Shown piece after piece: positions 1-9,931 of a stretch of DNA of 64,000 nucleotides. The stretch is from assembly GCA_963710375.1 (NCBI GenBank), contig CAVPZX010000002.1, positions 96,001 through 160,000 of the forward strand, read 5' to 3'. The stretch is from Nitrospirota bacterium (lineage in GTDB: Bacteria > Nitrospirota > Thermodesulfovibrionia > Thermodesulfovibrionales > Dissulfurispiraceae). Within the stretch, counting starts at the first letter, position 1; every line of letters starts with the position of its first letter. A program made the translations under genes and the position numbers. The notes beneath the pieces were generated by a model. That model worked only from the letters and a program-made list of their open reading frames with translations, ran no database searches and was not told where the DNA came from.

Positions 1-13
1 AGTTCGTAAAGCA

Positions 14-1421
14 TTAATTCTCTCCCTTTTTATTTTTGCATCCCGCCAACACATCTTCCATCCTCATCCCGCGTGAACCTTTTATTAATACAACGTCCCC
101 TTTTCTGACAAGCCTTTGAAGCTCCCTGGCGGCGTCCTTAGCATTTTCTGCGGATACACCGTTTTTCTGAAATGCCCCTACCGCCAACGACATCATCGGG
201 CCTACGCCTATAAGGATGTCTACAGGCAACCCTGAAAGCCACCGGCCCAGCTTTATGTGTGCGTCCGTGCTGTAGGTTCCGAGTTCCAGCATATCGCCGA
301 GCACGGCAATGGCCCTCTTGTGTTCAGTTCCTTCCTTAGCGCGCCTCACAAGCTCTTTGACCGATTCTTCCATGGATGAGGGATTGGCATTATAAGCATC
401 ATTGATGTATGTCACGTCCCCGCGCACAAAAACTTCTGATCTCATAGGCAAACCGCTAAAAGATTCAAGCCCCTTTTTGATATCATCGAGGGTAAAACCC
501 ATTGCATACGCCGTAGCGGCCGCTGCAAGAGAATTGTATATATTGAAGCGTCCGGGAAGCCTTGACTCAATAACAATACGGCCGCTGCCGGTGCACAGGA
601 CGAATCTCGTTGCCCTGTCAGTATGCTCTATCCCCTCTGCCTTTATGTCGGCTCCGGCATCGATACCGAATGTTATGACCGGGCCCTTAAATCTATCTTC
701 AATGCCTTCCGTCAGAAATGCGTCATCGGCATTTATAATCAATTTTCTCACACAGGACAATAATTCGAGCTCAGAATCTCGAACAGCGGCCAATGATCCG
801 AACCCTTCGAGATGCTCTTGCCCTATGTTGGTAATCACTCCTGTTTCCGGCAGCCCTATAGCGCAAAGCTCTTTTATATCGCCGGCTTTATTGGTACCCA
901 TTTCGAGCACCATGACCTCTGTATTGTCCTGCACTTTCGTTATCGAAAGGGGCATGCCTATATGGTTGTTGAAATTGCCTGACGTCTTGAGCACATTTAG
1001 GTTTACTCCCAGAACGGATGCTATGAGCTCCTTAGTAGTTGTCTTGCCGTTGCTGCCGACAACGCCGATAACGCTGCCGCCGAATTGTTTACGAATAGAG
1101 TGCGCAATGGCGTGCAGAGCAAAGAGAGTATCATCGACAATAATTGTGCATTTGCCGGCGGCATGCCGGACAGGTCTGGTGCGGCTGATTATGGCTCCTG
1201 CTCCTGTCTTGAGTGCATCCTGAACAAAATCATGCCCATCAAAGCGGTCGCCTTTTAAGGCCAGAAACAATTCCCTTTGACTGATAGTTCTTGAGTCGAT
1301 AGAAAGGCCTGAGAAAAAAATGTCTCCCGATAACAGCGCAGTCTGTCCGGGGCCCTGCAGTATCATCAGTGATAATTGACCCGCCGGTTGCATCGAGTAT
1401 CTGCCTGGCGCTCAGCATCAT
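14..1421 (-). CDS. murF: UDP-MurNAc-tripeptide--D-Ala-D-Ala ligase (apparent single-base frameshift near 1314-1320)
   Basis: Motifs SIDSR, GSNGKTTTKE, GNFNNHIG, NDAYNANP, KGSRGM. The N-terminus MMLSARQILDATGG is in ORF 1239..1421; removing one base from the 7-nt homopolymer at 1314-1320 joins it to ORF 14..1393. Confidence 0.93.
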
Positions 1422-1479
1422 TCAACCTCTCCACTGCAATTCTTTTTTGTGGAAGCAGCCGATCATATTTTTTCCCTTG

Positions 1480-3165
1480 TCAGCAGGCGCATTCTCTCTT
1501 GTTTTGCTCGTGAGCATAAAGACCTGCAAGCGTACTTCCCCCTCCGAAAGCGGGCCTGCTGATTGTCCTCCTTATCGCATTTTCGAGGGCGGCCCTGTCG
1601 CTGAAACTGCGGCGGATGCCCTGTATCTCCTGGTACTCTTCATGTCCTTTGCCGGCTACCAGCACAATGTCTCCAGACGAAGCCAGTTCTACTGCCATGC
1701 TGATAGCAACATTCCGGTCGGGTATCACAATATAACAATCGCCTTTTATCCCTTTTTCAATGTCTTTGATGATTGTCTTGGGGTTCTCGTTCCTGGGATT
1801 GTCCGAGGTGATAATGACGAAATCGCTCAACCTGGAGGCGATTTCTCCCATTTTCGAACGTTTTCCCTTGTCCCTGTTGCCTCCGCACCCAAGGACAGTA
1901 ATGATCTTGCCTCTTTCTTTTTCTTGCTCTTGTCTCCCGGGCAAATCGAACTGTCGCCTTTTTTCTTTCATGAATTTTTCAGTTTTGCCGACAAAGCGGT
2001 ATGCCTCCAGTAATTGACGGGCTGTCATCAAGAGCCGTTCGAGCGCATCTTCGGTATGTGCATAATCCACTACAGCAAGAAAGTCCTGTCCCATATCAAC
2101 CTTCTCAAACCTTCCTTTAACCAATCCTGCCATGGCAAGTCCCTCCTTTATGACTTTAATGGGCACATTAAGCGCTAACGCTGCGCTAAATGCGGCGAGC
2201 ATGTTGTATACATTTATTTGACCGACCATTTGAGACATGATTTCTGTCTCAGCTTCCCCAAATCGCGTTTTGAATGAAGTTCCCCCAAACGACGTTTTTA
2301 TATCAAAGGCCGTGACATCCGCCTCCTTATTATCCAGTGCATAGGTTATGACCCTGACAGTCGGCTTCCGGCTCCTTAATATCCGGGCAAGCTGTATCCC
2401 GTGGGCATCATCAATATTAATTACCGCAATACCATCCTCAGTCAGTAACTCAGTGAAGAGACGCTCTTTTGCCTTGAAATAATCTTCCATCGAAAGGTGA
2501 AAATCCAGATGGTCTCTGGTAAGATTCGTGAAAACGGCAACCCTGAAGCTGGTATAATCCGCCCTTTTCAGAGCAAGGGCATGCGATGATATCTCAGAAA
2601 TAACAAAGCCGCATCCGGCCTCCCTCATCTCTCTGATGAGGCACTGGAAATCAGGAGCTTCGGGTGTGGTATGGGGTGCTTCATAGACTGCATCTTTGAT
2701 CAAATAATTAATAGTACCTATAATCCCGACCTCCTCCCCCCACCGTTCCAGTATGGACTTGACCAGATATGAAGAAGTTGTTTTGCCGTTTGTGCCGGTG
2801 ATACCGACCACGACCATTTCTTCGGAGGGCCGGCCGTAAAAGCGGTGAGCAACACGGGCAAGGGCGTCCCTGACATCAGCAACCCGTATCCAGGTGACTT
2901 CAGGATATTTTTTCTCCATTGGCAAGTACGGGTCGGCAGGAAGCTCGCGTCTATGCCCGTACATAACGGCAACCGCTCCTTTTTTAATCGCATCCTCTAT
3001 AAAATTCCGGCCGTCTAGTTTTTCACCCTGTACTGCGACAAAGAGTTCCCCTCCCTTGACCATTCTGGAATCATATACAACTCCGGAGATGTACCGAACA
3101 GCATCACCAACTACCTCAAAATCATGATCGATTACATCACTTATTTTTATTTCCATTTTTTTCAT
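1480..3165 (-). CDS. murE: UDP-MurNAc-dipeptide--diaminopimelate ligase
   Basis: GITGTNGKTT, HTTPEA, VDYAHT, GCGGNRDKGKR, SDNPR (DAP-type), AGKGHE; dcw position. Confidence 0.97.
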   Translation of the reverse strand: MKKMEIKISDVIDHDFEVVGDAVRYISGVVYDSRMVKGGELFVAVQGEKLDGRNFIEDAIKKGAVAVMYGHRRELPADPYLPMEKKYPEVTWIRVADVRDALARVAHRFYGRPSEEMVVVGITGTNGKTTSSYLVKSILERWGEEVGIIGTINYLIKDAVYEAPHTTPEAPDFQCLIREMREAGCGFVISEISSHALALKRADYTSFRVAVFTNLTRDHLDFHLSMEDYFKAKERLFTELLTEDGIAVINIDDAHGIQLARILRSRKPTVRVITYALDNKEADVTAFDIKTSFGGTSFKTRFGEAETEIMSQMVGQINVYNMLAAFSAALALNVPIKVIKEGLAMAGLVKGRFEKVDMGQDFLAVVDYAHTEDALERLLMTARQLLEAYRFVGKTEKFMKEKRRQFDLPGRQEQEKERGKIITVLGCGGNRDKGKRSKMGEIASRLSDFVIITSDNPRNENPKTIIKDIEKGIKGDCYIVIPDRNVAISMAVELASSGDIVLVAGKGHEEYQEIQGIRRSFSDRAALENAIRRTISRPAFGGGSTLAGLYAHEQNKRECAC

Positions 3166-3209
3166 CTGCTTCCTATTGCCTCTCGCCCCGCCTCAGGCGG
3201 GCCTATCGC

Positions 3210-4907
3210 CTATCTTTTTGAGACAAGCAGCAGTCGCTTCTCTGCCGAGTCATCTCTAGGCACGCTTAAATACGAAAGCGATTCATTTGCAATCTGTTTA
3301 AAAACAGGTCCGGCTACCAATCCGCCGTATATGGAGCCTTGCGGCTCTTGAATTACAACAATCATTGCGATTCTCGGGTCGTCGGCCGGTACAAACCCGA
3401 CGAAAGAGCTTACGTACTTATCTTTCGAATATCTTTTAGTTTTAGGATCCATCAGTTGCGCCGTGCCGGTTTTGCCGGCAACCTCGTTGCCGTCAATTGC
3501 GGCGCCTGTTGCCGTCCCTCCCTCCTCTGTAACGGTTTTTAAAATATTCTTAAAAGTCCTGGCCGTTCTCTCCGAAATGATTCTTTGCGACTCATTGGCA
3601 GACTTATAGATGACCGCCCCCGCAGGAGAACTGATTGCCGAAACAACGTGGGGCCTGACAAGAAATCCTCCATTGGCGACTGCTGAATATGCCCTCAACA
3701 CCTGCAAGGGTGTCACGGCAACCTCCTGACCTATTGAGATCGCCCCTATGGAAGTCCCGGACCATCGAATGGGCGGTCGTATCCACCCTGAAGCTTCCCC
3801 GCCAAGATCAAAATCTGTTTTCTCGCCAAAACCGTATTTCCTGATATAGCTGTATATCTTCTCTCTGCCCAGATTCAATCCGATCTTGATCGTCCCGACA
3901 TTCGATGATTTCTGAATCACCTCTTTGAAAGTAAGGACGCCGTGCCTTTCAGCATCCTTTATTTTTCTGCCCCCTATTTCTATATACCCGGCGCTGCAGT
4001 CAAAGCGTGTATCAGGGTTGACAATCCCCTCTTCAAGAGCAGCCGTGCCTACGACTATCTTAAATGTAGAGCCCGGCTCATAGCAGTCCGTAACGGCCCT
4101 GTTTCTCCTTTTTGCAGCTGTCACCTCTGAGGGGTTATTCAGGTCATAGGTAGGCCTGCTCGCCATTGCGAGCACTTCACCGTTATTCGGGTCCATCATG
4201 ATCACCGTCGCCGAAGACGCCTTCCACTGCGCAACAGCCTCATCTAGATTCTTCTCTACTATATATTGCAAACCCTCATCTATGGTGAGGATGATGTTGT
4301 TCCCTTTAATTTCTTTCCTCACGCCGTCAGAAAGCGCATTCCCCTTAGCATCCCTGACGACAGATACCCGTTCACTTACTGCAGAGAGATATTTTTCAAA
4401 TGACTTTTCGACGCCTTCCAGTCCGTTGTTGTCGACGCCGACAAACCCGATAATGTGCGAGGCAAGACTTCCTTCCGGATAAAACCTCTTGATCTCCGGC
4501 ACGAAACCGATACCTCCCAATTTCATGTTCCTTATGCGCTGCGTCTCATCGAGGCTTACCTTTCTTTCGATCCAGTTAAACCTGTTGTTGGCCGACAGGC
4601 GGGTGAGGATAACATCCGGTTTATTATTGATGGTCTGCGACAAGGCAGCTGCAACCCGGTCAGGCGACGTTATCTCGGCAGGGTCGCAGTAGACCGATTC
4701 CGTATCGAGATTGATTGCAAGCTCTCTTCCCTTCCTGTCAAAAATAATACCCCGTCTGACAGGGACAATCTCTTTCTTGATCTGCTGGTCCCTTGCCTTG
4801 TCAAGAAACCACTGATGATTCACGAGCATTATATCGGCAAGCCGGAAAATAACGGCTACGAAGGTGAATGTTATTATGGTGTTAACCATAATGGCCCTTT
4901 TCTTCAT
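3210..4907 (-). CDS. ftsI: Penicillin-binding protein 3 (septal transpeptidase)
   Basis: N-terminal TM segment, RGxIxDR, EPGSTFK (SxxK), SSN, KTGT; lies between ftsL and murE. Confidence 0.95.
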   Translation of the reverse strand: MKKRAIMVNTIITFTFVAVIFRLADIMLVNHQWFLDKARDQQIKKEIVPVRRGIIFDRKGRELAINLDTESVYCDPAEITSPDRVAAALSQTINNKPDVILTRLSANNRFNWIERKVSLDETQRIRNMKLGGIGFVPEIKRFYPEGSLASHIIGFVGVDNNGLEGVEKSFEKYLSAVSERVSVVRDAKGNALSDGVRKEIKGNNIILTIDEGLQYIVEKNLDEAVAQWKASSATVIMMDPNNGEVLAMASRPTYDLNNPSEVTAAKRRNRAVTDCYEPGSTFKIVVGTAALEEGIVNPDTRFDCSAGYIEIGGRKIKDAERHGVLTFKEVIQKSSNVGTIKIGLNLGREKIYSYIRKYGFGEKTDFDLGGEASGWIRPPIRWSGTSIGAISIGQEVAVTPLQVLRAYSAVANGGFLVRPHVVSAISSPAGAVIYKSANESQRIISERTARTFKNILKTVTEEGGTATGAAIDGNEVAGKTGTAQLMDPKTKRYSKDKYVSSFVGFVPADDPRIAMIVVIQEPQGSIYGGLVAGPVFKQIANESLSYLSVPRDDSAEKRLLLVSKR

Positions 4908-4913
4908 AGTCCC

Positions 4914-5255
4914 CTACCGCGCCTTATCAGCGACTGTCAACGATGCCTTGTAAATATCACTCTTCCCCGATTCCTTCACATAAACCACCCTGACCCTGTC
5001 CGGAAATTCAAAAACGGTCCCACTGGACGCAACGCTCTGCAGCCTCCCGATATAGAGGAGATTCGCCTGTTCAGCAGCAAGCACCTTCTTCTCCTTCATA
5101 AGTTCAGACTTCTTCTTGTCAAGATTGCTCAGCGAATACTCAAGCGTAACTACGCTCGACCGAAGCCATACTATGCCGAAAACCATGAAAAGCAGCATCA
5201 GCAATGAAACCGGCTTCAACAAGGCTATAAACCAATTTTTTTTCCTGCGTCTCAT
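4914..5255 (-). CDS. ftsL: Cell division protein FtsL-like
   Basis: Basic N-terminus, one TM segment, coiled coil; position between rsmH and ftsI. Confidence 0.75.
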   Translation of the reverse strand: MRRRKKNWFIALLKPVSLLMLLFMVFGIVWLRSSVVTLEYSLSNLDKKKSELMKEKKVLAAEQANLLYIGRLQSVASSGTVFEFPDRVRVVYVKESGKSDIYKASLTVADKAR

Positions 5256-6121
5256 ACTTTCTGTGCCCCTCTTAGTTTCGCGCTCCTCGCTGAAGGATTC
5301 CCGCGCACTTCATCAGACGAGGGCGCAACAGGCTTTTTGGTCAATATCCTCAGCAGGCCGGCACGACTGTTGTCCCTGATGAAATTTTTCACAATCCTGT
5401 CCTCCAGGGAGTGATATGAAATTACCGCCATTCTGCCGCCCGGCTTAAGAACGGATAGCGCAGCGGAAAGTCCCTGCTTAAGCTCATCGAGTTCTTTGTT
5501 GACCTCTATCCTCAATGCCTGGAATGTCCTGGTAGCTGGATGCATCTTTCCTCTCCCGCCATAAATCCCGGCTATGAAATCCGCAAGTTCAATGCATGTT
5601 TCAAAGGATGTTTTCTTCCTTCGTGCAATAATGGCCTTCGCTATTTTTCTTGCAAAGGGTTCCTCGCCGTATTCCTGCAGTATCCTCTGCAGCTCCTTTT
5701 CCTGATACCTGTTGACCACTTCCCATGCGGTAAGGCGCTGCGAGGCATCCATACGCATATCGAGTCTTTCCGGGGATGAAAAACTGAAGCCGCGGGAGTA
5801 ATCCTTCAACTGAAACATTGAGACGCCGAGATCGAAGAGGAACCCGTCTGCCTCTTTTATATTCAGGTCAGCGAGAATCCCCTCTATTTCAGAAAAGTTT
5901 CCCTTGCAAAGGTGAGCGCGATTATTGCCGAGCAAATCGCGGGAGCGCTGCAACGCCCTGTCGTCCCGGTCTACTCCGACGAGTACCCCGCCGGCGCCGA
6001 TTTTCGAAAGTATTTCACGTGCATGACCGCCAAGGCCTACCGTGGCGTCTATGTAGATACCGTTTCCCCTGACATTAAGCATCTCCATCGTCTCCCTCAG
6101 CAAAACCGGAATGTGGTCCAT
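5252..6121 (-). CDS. rsmH: 16S rRNA m4C1402 methyltransferase
   Basis: HIPVLL, DATVGLGGH, LDMRMD, HPATRTFQALRI, SYHSLEDRIVK, NPSARSAKLR. Confidence 0.98.
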   Translation of the reverse strand: MDHIPVLLRETMEMLNVRGNGIYIDATVGLGGHAREILSKIGAGGVLVGVDRDDRALQRSRDLLGNNRAHLCKGNFSEIEGILADLNIKEADGFLFDLGVSMFQLKDYSRGFSFSSPERLDMRMDASQRLTAWEVVNRYQEKELQRILQEYGEEPFARKIAKAIIARRKKTSFETCIELADFIAGIYGGRGKMHPATRTFQALRIEVNKELDELKQGLSAALSVLKPGGRMAVISYHSLEDRIVKNFIRDNSRAGLLRILTKKPVAPSSDEVRGNPSARSAKLRGAQKV

Positions 6122-6133
6122 TCCGTTCTCGCT

Positions 6134-6589
6134 CTATAGCCCGTAGCCGGCAAGCACGGTTTCAAAGGCCTTTGCGTCAACCTTCTTCGGATCGGTTACC
6201 GCATCCCATTCGGCTTTGTCCCATACCTCAATCTTGTCCAGTTGTCCGACAATCACAACCTCACTATGTATGCCTGCATCCTCCCGGTGCGAAACAGGTA
6301 TAAGCACTCTGCCCTGTTTGTCAATCTCACACTCAAGGACAGAAGCAATGACCCTTCTTAGAAAAAACTTCACAGCCTCGTCACTCTTGGGCAATGGCCG
6401 TATTTTTTCTTCCAGCCTGTTCCACTCTTCCAGTGGATATATATGGAGACACTTGTCAAAAGCGGCACTTGTTATATATAATTTTGAATTATTGTATTTT
6501 TTAAAAATAATATCGCGTAGAGGAGCAGGGATGATAATTCTCCCCTTTGGGTCTAATGCATAATAATATTTTCCCAAAAATGAAGACAT
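6134..6589 (-). CDS. mraZ: Division/cell wall cluster transcriptional repressor
   Basis: Two DxKGR/DKQGR AbrB-like repeats; first dcw gene; ATG at 6589 preceded by GGAGGAG. Confidence 0.96.
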   Translation of the reverse strand: MSSFLGKYYYALDPKGRIIIPAPLRDIIFKKYNNSKLYITSAAFDKCLHIYPLEEWNRLEEKIRPLPKSDEAVKFFLRRVIASVLECEIDKQGRVLIPVSHREDAGIHSEVVIVGQLDKIEVWDKAEWDAVTDPKKVDAKAFETVLAGYGL

Positions 6590-6593
6590 CTTC

Positions 6594-6627
6594 TCACTCT
6601 CCTCCACTTTCTTCCACAATTTACCAC
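6594..6627 (-). promoter_or_regulatory. MraZ-binding direct repeats (GTGG-N6 x3 plus GTGA)
   Basis: Minus strand reads GTGGtaaattGTGGaagaaaGTGGaggagaGTGA, a 10-bp period directly upstream of mraZ, matching the known MraZ operator layout. Confidence 0.85.
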
Positions 6628-6749
6628 CAATAATATGAATTATTTATCGTGATTGTCAAGAGAAAAATTAGTTATTTCAAAGAAATTCCATATTTTGTGG
6701 TTTTTTTATGTCGAAGATACTATATATAGGGCATAGGGTGGTGTAAAAA

Positions 6750-7886
6750 GTGATGTTTTCAGAGAAATTGAAGGCACTTGAAAACAATATCTTGTTACGG
6801 CAGATTAAAGACAGAGAAACCACAATGATGCCGAACATAAGCTTTGATGGCACAGAGTATATCAATTTTACATCTAATGATTATCTTGGCCTCGCGTGCT
6901 CAGCTTCGCTCAGAGATGCCGCTGCACATGCCATCGCCGAATTCGGCTTCGGCGGGGGTGCTTCACGGCTCCTGGCCGGAGGAACGCAGATTCATAGCAC
7001 ACTTGAAAAAGCAATTGCAGCTTTCAAGGATACGGAAACTGCGTTAGTTTTTGGTTCCGGCTATATTGCAAATACCAGTGCTCTGCCGTCTATTGCCGGG
7101 GAAGGCGATGTCATTTTCAGTGACGAGCTTAATCACGCAAGCCTTATCGATGGCTGCAGGATGAGCAGGGCGCAAAAGGCAATATACAGGCATCGTGATA
7201 CCGACCATTTGAGCATGCTTATGCAGACAGCCAAAGGCGACAAGAAAATAGTCGTTACCGACAGTATATTCAGCATGGACGGCGATATCGCTCCCCTGGT
7301 GGAGATAACGACTCTATGCAAAGACCACGGTGCGCTCCTGTATATCGATGACGCTCACGCTACAGGAGTCCTGGGTAACGGCCGGGGCGCACTGGCCCAT
7401 TTTGGCTTACGACCGGAGCCGTGGATAATACAGATGGGGACGTTTTCCAAGGCGTTGGGTTCTTATGGTGCATTTATTGCCGCTGAAAAAGAGATAATCG
7501 ACTGGCTCGTCAATACCGCGAGAGGATTCATCTATTCAACAGCCCTGCCTTCATGCGTTGCCGCAGCTTCACTAAGGGCGCTGCAGCTTGTGCAGTCAGA
7601 TCCGATGTTGATAAGCAGGCTGTGGCAGAACCGCGAGCTGCTTTTCAATGGCCTGCGCTCATTGGGACTGAACACGCTGTGCAGTGAAACACCTATAATC
7701 CCGATAGTAGTAGGAGACGTGAAAAAGACTATGGATATTGCCGGTGAATTGAAGAAGCGCCGCGTTTATTGCCCCGCAATAAGACCGCCGACAGTGAAAC
7801 AGCCGCGGCTGCGGGTCACCGTAACGGCTGCGCACAGTGAAGAGAATATCGCTGAGTTGCTTGATGCGCTGGAGGAGGTACTTTAG
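6750..7886 (+). CDS. bioF: 8-amino-7-oxononanoate synthase
   Basis: NFTSNDYLGL, GASRLLAG, DELNHASLIDG, DDAHATG, GTFSKALG, AIRPPTV. Confidence 0.95.
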   Translation: MMFSEKLKALENNILLRQIKDRETTMMPNISFDGTEYINFTSNDYLGLACSASLRDAAAHAIAEFGFGGGASRLLAGGTQIHSTLEKAIAAFKDTETALVFGSGYIANTSALPSIAGEGDVIFSDELNHASLIDGCRMSRAQKAIYRHRDTDHLSMLMQTAKGDKKIVVTDSIFSMDGDIAPLVEITTLCKDHGALLYIDDAHATGVLGNGRGALAHFGLRPEPWIIQMGTFSKALGSYGAFIAAEKEIIDWLVNTARGFIYSTALPSCVAAASLRALQLVQSDPMLISRLWQNRELLFNGLRSLGLNTLCSETPIIPIVVGDVKKTMDIAGELKKRRVYCPAIRPPTVKQPRLRVTVTAAHSEENIAELLDALEEVL

Positions 7887-9004
7887 TAAAGAACGGCTCT
7901 AAGGCCGTTCAGAACTTCTTCAAGTTCATCCCATGTGGTGGATCTGCCGAGACTGAACCTGATTGCCCCCATTCCTTCCTCCGGAGGAACACCCATGGCA
8001 GCAAGGATGTTAGAGAGAGTTACCGAACCGGCGTGGCACGCAGAGCCTGTGGACGCAGCGACCTCCGGCAGCTTCGCCAGGATCTCAGCGCCGATTCTGC
8101 CGACGAAGTTGACATTGAGCGTATTGGGGAGCCGCTCAGTCAGATGGCCGTTGAGTGTTACCCCTTCACCAAAGTTCTCCCGGAGTCTCTCCCAAAAACG
8201 GTTGCGCAGCTTCTGGACCTGAGGCATGCCGATCCAACGGTTGGCAATGCCGCAAGCGACGCCGAGCGCCACTGCGAGGAGGACGTTTTCTGTGCCGGCC
8301 CTTCTTCCCCTCTCATGCCCGGCTCCATGGATAAAGGGCTCGATTGTTGTCCCGTCTCTGATGTAAAGCGCCCCGACACCTTTCGGTGCATACAGTTTGT
8401 GCCCGGCAACCGAAAGGAGATCCACGCCGAGTTCATCCACTTTGGTCGAAATCTTTCCTACACTCTGGGCCGCGTCGGAATGGAATAAAACCCCGGCATT
8501 CCTTGCTATGGCAGCGATCTCCGGAATCGGCTGGATTGTCCCCACCTCATTGTTGGCGTGCATAACTGTAATGAGAATGGTCCCTGGCGCAATCGCGCGC
8601 CGCACGTCATCAGGGTCAACTCTGCCGAAGCGGTCAACAGGGAGCACGGTGACCTTCGCCCCGAGATTCTCCAGGAAATGACAAGGATTAAGGATGGCCG
8701 GATGTTCAACAGACGTGGTAATAATATGGTTGCCTTTTTCCCGGTTTGCAAAGAAGACGCCCTTAAGGGCATGATTGTTCGCTTCGCTCCCGCCGCTCGT
8801 GAAAACTACCTCCGTAGGGTCGCAACCGAGAAGGTCAGAGACCTGTCTTCGCGCCGCCTCTACCGCATCCTTGGCCGGGATACCGGCCCAATGAAGGCTG
8901 GAAGGGTTGCCATAGTGCTCTGTGAGGAACGGTTGCATAGCTTCAACAACTTCCGGTGCGATCGGGGTGCTGGCGTTGTGATCGAGGTAAATCTTTCGGT
9001 TCAT
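7883..9004 (-). CDS. Cysteine desulfurase (NifS/IscS family)
   Basis: YLDHNASTP, FTSGGSE, ANNEVG, GHKLYAPKG, STGSAC catalytic Cys. Confidence 0.93.
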   Translation of the reverse strand: MNRKIYLDHNASTPIAPEVVEAMQPFLTEHYGNPSSLHWAGIPAKDAVEAARRQVSDLLGCDPTEVVFTSGGSEANNHALKGVFFANREKGNHIITTSVEHPAILNPCHFLENLGAKVTVLPVDRFGRVDPDDVRRAIAPGTILITVMHANNEVGTIQPIPEIAAIARNAGVLFHSDAAQSVGKISTKVDELGVDLLSVAGHKLYAPKGVGALYIRDGTTIEPFIHGAGHERGRRAGTENVLLAVALGVACGIANRWIGMPQVQKLRNRFWERLRENFGEGVTLNGHLTERLPNTLNVNFVGRIGAEILAKLPEVAASTGSACHAGSVTLSNILAAMGVPPEEGMGAIRFSLGRSTTWDELEEVLNGLRAVLY

Positions 9005-9774
9005 TTGTAAACGACGAAAAAAATCCTTTTAAAAGGAAAAAGGATTTTGCCGTCTCTCTGGATCGCATATGCCTGCCTGCATTCGTCCAATATCTCGTTC
9101 ATGAATTCCTTTCTGCATTCATCGTCAGGGAGCCTTTCGAGAAAAGGCCTCAATCCGGTGCCCTTATACCATTCTATCATCGCCTCATGAGAACTCAGGA
9201 CATGATAGTAGGAGGTTTCCCAGATGTCGAGCCCTGAGGAGGCGATTGGATAAAGTAAATTGTAATAGTATTCTACATTATAATAATGCAGCAGCTTCCA
9301 GCACCCTCTGGTGAATCCGGACCATTTTTCTCTCTCAGATACAACGAGCAATGCCTTATGCAATGGTGATTCATAATTTGCAGGCACCTGAACAGCCAGC
9401 GCTCCGCCGGGCTTTACAATTTTAACAAGTCTGGGGATTAGATAATCATGATCCGGTATCCACTGCAAAGCCGCATTTGAGAAAACAATATCATAGGTCT
9501 GATCGGGTTCCAGCTTTGAAGCATCCGCCAGCAGCCATTCCTGATCCGGAAAATCTGTCTTTGCTCTTTCGATCATTTCATTTGAACTGTCAAGACCGAT
9601 AATCCGGGCATTGGGCCAGCGCTCACGTAACACTTTAGTGCTGTTTCCGGGTCCGCACCCAATGTCAATAACAGCAGCTGGATTGTCAATTCTGACCTTT
9701 GCTGCAAGATCTATAGAGGGTTGAGTTCGCTCATCCTTAAATCTGAGATACTGATGTGAGTCCCATGTCACCAA
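9001..9774 (-). CDS. tam: Trans-aconitate 2-methyltransferase-like SAM methyltransferase
   Basis: WDxxQYLRF..ERT, DIGCGPGNST, SNAALQWIPDH, GTGLRPFL, LFPFKRIF. Confidence 0.85.
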   Translation of the reverse strand: MVTWDSHQYLRFKDERTQPSIDLAAKVRIDNPAAVIDIGCGPGNSTKVLRERWPNARIIGLDSSNEMIERAKTDFPDQEWLLADASKLEPDQTYDIVFSNAALQWIPDHDYLIPRLVKIVKPGGALAVQVPANYESPLHKALLVVSEREKWSGFTRGCWKLLHYYNVEYYYNLLYPIASSGLDIWETSYYHVLSSHEAMIEWYKGTGLRPFLERLPDDECRKEFMNEILDECRQAYAIQRDGKILFPFKRIFFVVYK

Positions 9775-9828
9775 CTGATCCTCCTTCGATTACCCTGCTT
9801 ATTATTCGGTTCATTATTGTGCGAGAAG

Positions 9829-9870
9829 TTGATTTAAGTCAAGGTCATCTGCCGGTCAGCATTGTAAACT
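9829..9870 (+). promoter_or_regulatory. Crp/Fnr-family (HcpR/Dnr-like) box and -10 element of hcp
   Basis: TTGATTTAAGTCAA (9829-9842) centred at -41.5 relative to the start predicted from TAAACT (9865-9870). Confidence 0.8.
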
Positions 9871-9931
9871 TGAAGCAGTTGAAGTTCATTATTGGCCCAC
9901 AGCCAAATATATATTACAGGAGGATAAAACT

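Noticed and set aside
402..1223. Long antisense and alternate-frame ORFs (also 4455..5207, 34596..35297, 59832..60554)
   Set aside because: They shadow well-supported genes and have no recognisable motifs.
1314..1320. Programmed frameshift or phase variation in murF
   Set aside because: The gene is normally essential, and five similar single-base insertions elsewhere point to sequencing error.
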